Below are positions 56,006-64,000 of a stretch of DNA of 64,000 nucleotides, piece by piece. Origin of the DNA: Emiliania huxleyi CCMP1516 (lineage: Eukaryota); contig NW_005201318.1 in NCBI RefSeq assembly GCF_000372725.1, forward strand, positions 231,016 to 295,015, given 5' to 3'. A program made the position numbers and the translations under genes. Below the pieces are notes generated by a model. That model was given only the letters and a program-made list of their open reading frames with translations, did not search any database and was not told the DNA's origin. The first letter of the stretch is position 1. Each line of letters begins with the position of its first letter.

Positions 56006-57892
56006 GACCAAGATCGACACTGGGTCGGTGGGCGCGGCGGGCGCTGGGAGCCTATCATGAGGGCTAACGTCAAAAACGTGCGCGCTTGCCGCCTCAAAGC
56101 CGAGGAGGTCGCGACCTGGGTGGGTGGAGCCCTTGCCATGCTCAGCATGCTGTTTCTCTGCACAGAGGACTAGGTCCAGCCCTGGGGGTGAGCCGGGTGT
56201 TGTGACATTTGGCGATTCCGCGGCTTACTGGGTCCCTGAGCCGCTCCCCGTGTGCGATTCTTGTGACCCAGGCATGGTACTGATAGTAAACGGGTCAGAA
56301 CCGGCCAAACACAGGCTACAGCCCCACACACGCGCCCGCCACAGCTCCTGGAGAGCATGCGCGAGTGACGCGCTACAAGCCGCGAGAGTGGCATCAGAGG
56401 CAGGAACGACGTGCTCTTGCTGCACCTCGCAGCTGCACCGAGTGTGCTCGCAGTGTATGCCACGGCCGCCACCTGCGGCATTGCTCTCGTGCAGCTAGGC
56501 GACGCAGGTCCATCAGCAGGGCTCATCCAATGCAAGCGCACATTGTGCGTAGCCGCGGGCAGGTGGCAGTGCACAGCCGCACACCGGCTGTGGCGGCTCG
56601 AATGCCACCGGCAGCAATGCTGGTCATTAACTTGCGTATTGGGGCCGCAGCAGACTGCTGCTGTGGCAACAGCAGCAGCCTGCTGCTGCCTGATTCAGTC
56701 AAGCCAGCGGTGCAGCGAGGCGTGCAGAATTCGCGCGGTTTTGTCCCTCCTGAGGCTGAGCGCATTCGAGCCGTCGACCGGAGTTGGATGGTACCACGCG
56801 TCTCACTGAGACGCGGGGTACTGGCCATGGCCGGGCTACGGAGCGTGAGGTGGCGAGCGACAAAACAACGAGAAAAACACGGTTGTGACGCGATGTCCCA
56901 AAACGTCAGATTGGCTCACCCAGGGCTTCGGCCCCGGTGGGGGGTGCCCGTGCCGCCTAGCTCTGCGGACGGGCCCCTCCACCCTTCATTCACGTACGGA
57001 TCATGTAGTCCCCACACTCGCTGTCGTGGGATCGCTTGTCATGTGAGAGAGTGCGTTGTGTTCCCGAGCACTGACTGCTGGGCTGGGTTTTTAGGCATTG
57101 TGGGGTTGGCACTCCCATCGACCCTCATGACCTCCTGCGGTCTCTGAGATGGACACCAGTGGGTGTGGGGCCACAGCCAGGATACACTCGAAGGCTTGGT
57201 AAGCAGTAGAGGTCGATACTCGACGCGTCCCACATGGTCTGTGTCGCTGTCGGCACCCTGTCGACAGGACGTCGAGCGACACCGGTGGCAGTGCCACCCA
57301 GGAGTGGTCGGGCGGTCTCCCGTCATGAGAGAGCCACCATGTGATCCGTATGATGGTTCCTGACAACCGCCTCATTCACTTTCGTCACAGTTCCCGCTCT
57401 GAGAGGAGCTGCGGGTCAGTTCGACAGCTGGAGCTGTGTCGCCGGCGTGCGGCGGCCTGCCTCCGGAGGTGCCTCTGAAGGTGGACATTTTTTTGTCACC
57501 GTGAGAGAACGCGTTCGAATTTTCACTCCGGAACTTCAACTCTGCACGCGCACCGGCCAGGGCTACAATAGTGCCAGTGAGGCGGAGGCGCGAGTCGGAA
57601 GGCCGCGACCGTGATTTGGTCCCTCCACTTGCCTAACGCTAAAGTACAATCGCTGTGAACCCAGCCACGTACCCGTCTCCAGCGCCGAAATTCACCTTCG
57701 GGTATGTTCGTAAGAGCTATATACACTGAGAGAGAGAGAGAACGTACACTGAAATTACACGGCTGTGCGGGACGTCGCGCGCGCCTGGTCTTTTCTTTTT
57801 TGCCTCGCTCTATTCTTTTTTCCCGGCTCGCGCCTGCGGGCGAAGCTACCCAACGCGGCCAACGGATGAAGATCCAGCCTTCCGGAGCGCCC

Positions 57893-58927
57893 CTATAGCG
57901 CAGCCTGCCTGTCGCTGACTGAGGTGCTTCCGGGACGACCCGTGATGTTGCAGTGCAGCAGGCTCGGTGGAATGCGTGGACGCTCGACGCTGGCATATTC
58001 CATGTGCTCCCAACCACGAGCAAGGGCACCCTGTTGCCTCCACGTGCGATGGTTCGTCGGCTTCAACATTCCGTGCGTGTACTCTAAGCAGCAGTGTTCA
58101 GGCCGACGAACAACATTCAAGCATTCTTTCTCGTTGATGCCTGTCAGCCACTCGTGTAGTTTGGCCCGAGGAATCGTAAACAGCATGTCGGGTTTGGGCC
58201 GGACTGCCAGCATTTGCGTAAGGTTGGGCTGCATGGGCTCTGGATTCCACACGATGTAGTTTGGGCGCGATCGAATGAAGTAGTCGTAACGGACGCCGTT
58301 GCGCCTCTCGTGCTCCATGACATGGCGGAAGCAACGATTAATTTGGCGATGTTGAACGGTGGCCTTAGATTTGCAGCCATCGTACGGCAGGTGTTCCACG
58401 TGTGTGTAATTCTGAAGCAAATGCGTCTCCTCGGCGCATGCAACCGCGTTTTGCCTGTTTTTATGAGCCATGGCCACAGCGTCATATCGGGTGTGGTAAA
58501 ACATGAAGACGTCAGCCTGCCACACGTGCCGCGCCAGCTCGACCCCTTCATGGACAGCGGGCATGCCGAATGTCCGCCATTCGCCAACGATGCAGAGAGC
58601 AGCACGGCCCACACGGCCCTTCAACCCCCCCGGGCTCTTCAAAAGCTCTTCTTCCTCCGCTTGATCTGGCATCCAAGAATCCAGCACGCTGGAGGGTGAC
58701 CCGGTCCGCGATGCCGCATGCTGCCGTCGCTGAGGCCGGCTGTCAAGCCGTGGCATACCCAGCAGACCCTTAGGTGGTGGAGCCGGACGCTCATGCCCCA
58801 CAGCAAGCGAGAACGGCGCTGAGCCGCGAAACCAAAAGCCGGCCACAAGCAACGTGAGAACAGGCCGGCCAGGCGAAGCAGGTTTCATCGCAAATTTGAG
58901 CTGCCTGGCAGCTGGGGCTCCGCACCC
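57893..58927 (-). CDS. Glycosyltransferase-like protein (AxCxxGxxR...YDxxIRxRP type); 5' end abuts a repeat and may be truncated
   Basis: AALCIVGEWRTF...ADVF...CFRHVMEHERRNGVRYDYFIRSRP. Confidence 0.6.
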   Translation of the reverse strand, partial: GCGAPAARQLKFAMKPASPGRPVLTLLVAGFWFRGSAPFSLAVGHERPAPPPKGLLGMPRLDSRPQRRQHAASRTGSPSSVLDSWMPDQAEEEELLKSPGGLKGRVGRAALCIVGEWRTFGMPAVHEGVELARHVWQADVFMFYHTRYDAVAMAHKNRQNAVACAEETHLLQNYTHVEHLPYDGCKSKATVQHRQINRCFRHVMEHERRNGVRYDYFIRSRPNYIVWNPEPMQPNLTQMLAVRPKPDMLFTIPRAKLHEWLTGINEKECLNVVRRPEHCCLEYTHGMLKPTNHRTWRQQGALARGWEHMEYASVERPRIPPSLLHCNITGRPGSTSVSDRQAAL

Positions 58928-58962
58928 GTTCACAGCCTTGTTATGAGAAGAAAATACGTCCT
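58928..58962 (+). repeat. Partial copy of the dispersed element
   Basis: gttcacagccttgttatgagaagaaaatacgtcct. Confidence 0.75.
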
Positions 58963-59065
58963 TTGATATTGAACCCGCCATAAAAACGGTATGGCGGTGG
59001 AGTGCTCTCTACTGCCGCGGCGCCCCTGTCGGTTCGGAGGCGCCCGGCGGCCGCGCGCTTGGTCA

Positions 59066-59330
59066 TGACCGTCGACTACGAGCACGGCCTCTCCTTCCTT
59101 CGCCACGGTGGCACGGCTCTGGCCACATGGTCCCCACCTTCCGCCCGCGCGCCGCCCTGACCCTGCTTCGGCACGTCGTCGAGAACTCGACCTTTGCGCC
59201 GCCGGTGCCGAGCGACGCCGCCCTCGCCGCAATGGGCGGCCCCGAGTTTGACGGCTTCGTGTGGACAAGTGGGTGGCGGCGGCGGCCGGGCCGGACTACG
59301 TGGGCAACGGGCAAGCGGTGACGGCGCCGG
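59066..59330 (+). pseudogene. Frameshifted C-terminal fragment of a serine carboxypeptidase (S10)
   Basis: TVDYEHGLSF / FATVARL / GSGHMVPTFRPRAALTLL, the catalytic His motif, is split across frames. Confidence 0.7.
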
Positions 59331-59781
59331 TAGCGGGGCACGCGAGGCCTCGAGAGGTGACGTGGGGAGTGTCCCGCCGCCATTTTTCGTGTCAGATGAT
59401 GCGAGAGTTGTACTATCGAATACGCTCAACTCGCAAGCCTGTGCTCCCTCGCACCGCCCATCGAGGAAGCGCCATCGTTTCAAACCGCACATAAAGTACT
59501 TTCTTTGTCTCTTGGTCTTGGCTCTTTGCTGGAACCTCAACCTGCGAGGTAACTTGGATGCTCTGGTGTTGCTGCGGCCTGCGCGCGGGGACCGGGACGG
59601 GGCGGTGTACTGACTACTGTCTTACTGGAACACGCGAATTCGAACACGCACAGCAATCATAAATAAACAAAACGGAGGCCATCTCAGGGGATCATGGGTA
59701 AAGGAGCAAGTCCCGACACGCCCACACACGCACAGCAACGAATCCGCATGCACTCACGACACTCTCCTTCTTTAATATAAC

Positions 59782-60538
59782 TCAGGTCAAGCGTGCGCTG
59801 CACCAGCTGCTCAAGCCGCTCCTCGTGCCGCCGCTCGATGCGCTGCTTGCCCAGTTTGTTCCACAGGTTCGCAGCGTGGATGTGGTCCAAGCTCGTGCTG
59901 TGGGCAGCAGAGAGCGCGAGCAATGCGTCAGCGCTGCCAGCATTTGAGATGTGGCTGCTGAGCTGCTTAGCATTGAGCTGACCATAGGCAGCAGAGCGGC
60001 TAAACGAGGGGCGCTCATTGCGCATTCGTGCGTCGCGGCGTCCCTGCGCGTCGCATCCTTGCGCTCCGTGCATCGGCGGTTCCACCCGGCGACCGCTGTG
60101 CTGTGGCTGCCCCTCGCCGCGTTCGCGCCGGTCATCGCGCCGATCGTGCCAGTCGCGCTCGTGCTCGCCTCTGCCCCGATCGTCGTAGCCGCGCCGCTCG
60201 TCATGCCGCCCGTCATGATGCGGCCGTTGCTCGCCTCGCCATGGCTCGTCGCGCCATGGCTCAGCGGGCCATTGTGGCTCAGCGTGCCATCGCTGCTCGC
60301 GACCTCTGCACCAAGAGTCGTTGTAGCCGCGCCGCTCGTCTTGCCGCCCGTCATGGTGCGGCCATTGCTCACCTTGCCAACGCTCATCGCGCCGTCGCAG
60401 CTCATCCAGCCGCGGCTCATCGCGCGATCGCGACCGCCGTCGCTCGCCCTGCCATCGCCACTCTTCGCGTCCGCACTCGGCGCGCCGTTGCTCATCACGC
60501 CAGCGACGCTCCTCGCTCCGATGGGACATGTACATGTC
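59782..60538 (-). pseudogene. Truncated paralog of the RAP gene's 5' third, disrupted at its start by a Harbinger element
   Basis: High identity to 24436-25143 (MSHRSEERRW...RTLDL), then similarity stops. The first codons are displaced to 63821-63839. Confidence 0.9.
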
Positions 60539-61613
60539 TGAGAGGTTCACGAGAGTTGAACTCTACCCAGCTGCCGAGGTGGGCAGATAGCGGCGTAGCC
60601 AGAAAGAGTGTAACCGAGGGCGGCTGATCGTGCTTGACTGTAGCAGAGTGTAAACAAGGCCAACCTCGGCACGGCCACACTCGGCCACACTCTACCACGC
60701 ACCCCGACCCCGAGATGAGCCCTTCCCACCTGGCACTCGATGTGACTGAGTGTGGCAGAGTCCGTGCAGTCAGAGGGTGCCTTCGTTCGGCATCGAAGAG
60801 TGTTCATGAGCACGGCCGACTGTGCCCGACTGTGGCCGAGTATTACTGAGGGCGGAAGATAGCAACAGAGTGCAGCAGAGTGCAGCAGAGTGCAGCAGAG
60901 TGCAGCAGAGTGCGGCTGAGTGCGGCTGAGTGCGGCTGAGTCTGGCGGATAGTCCTGGACCACGCAGCACGGATGGAGCCGCCGGGCGCAGCAGGCCATC
61001 GAGCCACCGCACGGAGGCGCGGGCCGCGTCTCCCCGCCAGCCCTCTTGTTCGAGTCTCGCACCCACCGTGCCGGCGGCCCGGCGGCCGCCGCGCCTGCCG
61101 CCTCCTTCCCGAATGCACAGCCCCCGGCTCGCGCCGGGCCGCTCTCCGCGACCAGTCAGAGCAGCCTGTCCTACTCGGTCACGCGACGACAGCGGCACGC
61201 GAGCGCGGCCTCGCCACGGCCGCGACAATACAAGAGCTGGCCAAAGGCTGCGCGGCAGCGGCGAGACGCACATCGCAGCGGCCGAGGCAGCGCGCACCCG
61301 CCGAGCGTAGACTGCCTACACGCAGGCCGTGCATGTGAGCTCTCCAACGTACGCGCCGTGCGGCACGACCAAAGACCGACGCCTATCCGGCGAGACAAAA
61401 GAGCACCGACGGCGACGCCACGCATCCGTGTAGGTGTTTAGGTGCACGTCGGCCTCTCGTGCCGTGCGCAGGAAGAGAGAGGCGCTGCCAGAAGCTCGCG
61501 CGGGCGAAGTGGTAGAAAGAGTCGGGGAGCGCCAGCGCTGGCTAAAAGCCCGACGAAGCTGTGCGGCGTCGCTCTCGGCGAGCATATAAAAAACAAATAT
61601 TACCCTTAGTATA

Positions 61614-62055
61614 CTAGTGCGGCCACGGCCCAAATGAGCGAAACCGCTGGAAGCGGCGCAGCTCCAGGGCGCTCACGTGGCCAACAATCTTCATGACTGT
61701 GGCGAGCTCCTCAACGCTATGCGTGAAGGCCCGCCCTTGGGCGAAGAGCTGATGCCGCTTCACGTAGCTCACCACATTCTCAACCCGGTTCCGAATACGC
61801 TCATGAGCGCGATTAAAGCGCCTCTTATCGATGCGTCGTCCGGGACCGTTCATCTGGTTCTTCTTGAACTTGGTGAGGATGCCACGGCAGCCAACGTAGC
61901 CGAGATCTCCCAGCCAGCGCTCACCGTGTCGGAACCGGTGCTGACGGCGTGTCCTGCGCCAGATTGTGGCGTCAGAATCAGACCCCAGGTGTGGGCCTGT
62001 CCACAAGACAATTGCACCAAGAAAGGTGATGCCAAGCTGCCACTTGTACACGTGC
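61614..62055 (-). pseudogene. C-terminal part of a PIF/Harbinger (DDE_Tnp_4-like) transposase
   Basis: HVYKWQLGI...GPHLGSDSDATIW...LGDLGY...FNRAHERIRNRVENVVSYVK. The N-terminal part with the first catalytic Asp is not seen. Confidence 0.85.
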
Positions 62056-62573
62056 CTTTGGGGATCATGGTCGCTGGTCGTACTTTGGCGACCACTCTGC
62101 CAGAGTGGTCGTGACCGTGGTCGCAAGTTGGCGACCACGCGACCAGCTGGCCGTATGTTGGCGACCATATAGGGTTTCTGGTCGCGTGGTCGCTGGTCGT
62201 ATGATGGCGACCACCCACGCGACCACGTGGTCGTGACCGTGGTTCTAATTCTGTTTCTTCTTTTTCAAAACAGGCACCGAGGACTCAGACCATTTCGTCC
62301 GTCGAGGCACTTCTCCGAACAACGCTTTGTCGAGATCCGGAGATCTACCTCTGAAAAACCTCTCGACTCGTGCCCCCCAAAAGCGTAAAAAAGGGCAGCG
62401 GCCTCGCTGGGCCAGAACATCGGCCCCGAGTGCTCCGCAGCAGCCTTGCTGGGCCAGAACGTCGGCCCGCGAGGTGGGGTGCTAGTCTGGGACCCATACG
62501 TGGCAGTTCCCTTGCTCCAAGCGCTTGCGCTTCGGCGGTAGTGATCTAATCACCCGAATACCACGTTCGGATC

Positions 62574-62750
62574 GCTCCTCATCGCAAACCCTGTCAGCAG
62601 TTCGCCTACGGGTATGTTCGTAAGAGCTACATACACTGAAAAAGGTGCACTAACCTCCGAGAAACCCTTCGGGCCGCTCCTCATCGCAAACCCTGTCAGC
62701 AGAGTCTCCTACGGGAATGTACGTAAGAGCTACATACACTGAAAAAAAAA
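62574..62750 (+). repeat. Two tandem copies of a ~70-bp unit ending in oligo(A); a third partial copy at 57690-57740 ends in (GA)n
   Basis: cgggtatgttcgtaagagctacatacactga is shared. Confidence 0.85.
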
Positions 62751-64000
62751 CATCTTGGAGAAGCGAATTCCGACCGTCCCTCCTCGCGCCGTGAGAGCAC
62801 CAGCTTCGTCGGGCTTTTAGCCAGCGCTGGCGCTCCCCGACGATCTTTCTACCACTTCGCCCGCGCGAGCTTCTGGCAGCGCCTCTCTCTTCCTGCGCAC
62901 GGCACGAGAGGCCGACGTGCACCTAAACACCTTCACGGATGCGTGGCGTCGCCGTCGGTGCTCTTTTGTCTCGCCGGATAGGCGTCGGTCTTTGGTCGTG
63001 CCGCACGGCGCGTACGTTGGAGAGCTCACATGCATGGCCTGTGTGTAGGCAGTCTACGCTCGGCGGGTGCGCGCTGCCTCGGCCGCTGCGATGTGCGTCT
63101 CGCCGCTGCCGCGCAGCCTTTGGCCAGCTCTTGTATTGTCGCGGCTTTGGCGAGGGCCGCGCTCGCGTGCCGCTGTCGTCGCGTGACCGAGTAGGACAGG
63201 CTGCTCTGACTGGTCGCGGAGAGCGGCCCGGCGCGAGCCGGGGGCTGTGCATTCGGGAAGGAGGCGGCAGGCGCGGCGGCCGCCGGGCCGCCCGCACGGT
63301 GGGTGCGAGACTCGAACAAGAGGGCTGGCGGGGAGACGCGGCCCGCGCCTCCGTGCGGTGGCTCAGTGCTTCCGTGCCGGTGGATTGTGTGTGCTGCCAC
63401 GCCACTGACTGGCCGAGTGCAGCAGATTGTAGCAGAGCGCAGCAGAGTGCAGCAGAGTGCAGCAGAGTGCAGCAGAGTGCGGCAGAGTGCGGCAAAGTGC
63501 GGCAGATTGCGGCTGAGTGCGGCTGAGTGCGGCAGAGTTTGCTTGCCTGTGGGAGAGCGCTGCAGCACTCTGGCTTCCGTCCCAACGAATTCTCTGGGTG
63601 TGACCGAGTGTGGCCGAGTTCGTGTGCTGACTGTGTGCGCAACCGGACGACCATTTGATTCCCACCTGCACTCAACCACACTCTGCTGCACTCCTTCACT
63701 GTAACAGAGTTTGACCGATTGAGGCCGAGTGTGCTGGAGGGTGCCATCGCGTGGCAGAGCCCGCCAGAGGGCGACCGCGTCGTAAAAATGTGGCAGAGTT
63801 CAACTCTCGTGAACCTCTGAACTTGGCCGTTCCAGCATACGGGGAACGCATCTCCATCGCTTCGGTGAAGGGGGTGAACCGTGCCATCCTCGATCGCCGT
63901 GCTAAGCTCGCTTCCGAGCTCTCACGCCGCGCGTAGGGCCCCTAGGGGCCTAGAGAACACACCCCCCTCTCTCTTTTCTCCCAGTAAGCTAAAAGTACGT

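Larger units (their letters stand above)
60542..63817. mobile_element. PIF/Harbinger-type DNA transposon, probably non-autonomous
   Basis: Perfect 23-bp TIR GAGGTTCACGAGAGTTGAACTCT. TGA TSD at 60539-60541 and 63818-63820, empty site in the paralog at ~24432-24434, and an internal DDE fragment. Confidence 0.93.

Noticed and set aside
56000..57600. Short ORFs in lower-GC DNA
   Set aside because: No recognisable motifs or consistent frame; probably decayed or non-coding.
60542..63817. Fanzor/TnpB RNA-guided nuclease cargo
   Set aside because: No RuvC or zinc-finger motifs in any ORF; the only recognisable protein is a Harbinger DDE fragment.

Overview
This is GC-rich eukaryotic genomic DNA. 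The many GC-AG introns filled with low-complexity repeats and the gene content suggest a haptophyte alga such as Emiliania/Gephyrocapsa (inference). Recognisable genes are a Pro-rich secreted protein, a CHD chromatin remodeller, tRNA-Glu(CUC), a glutaredoxin-fold protein, an F-box/SPRY protein, a secreted protein with TSP3-like repeats, an amidase, a RAP-domain helical-repeat protein, an HXXXD acyltransferase, a ZnT5/Msc2-like cation efflux transporter, two ankyrin-module genes (one a 1967-aa ankyrin/Pelle-like kinase/RING protein) and a GT47 exostosin. Many truncated or frameshifted gene fragments lie between them. Two results stand out. (1) An introner-like mobile element family: three introns in two unrelated genes begin with YCTAGAAGCGG directly after one copy of a ~10-bp target-site duplication that supplies the splice donor, and related sequence also occurs as intergenic copies. 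(2) A 3.3-kb PIF/Harbinger-type element with 23-bp TIRs and a 3-bp TGA TSD, confirmed by an empty paralogous site in the same window. All calls are by eye, and exon boundaries are inferred.
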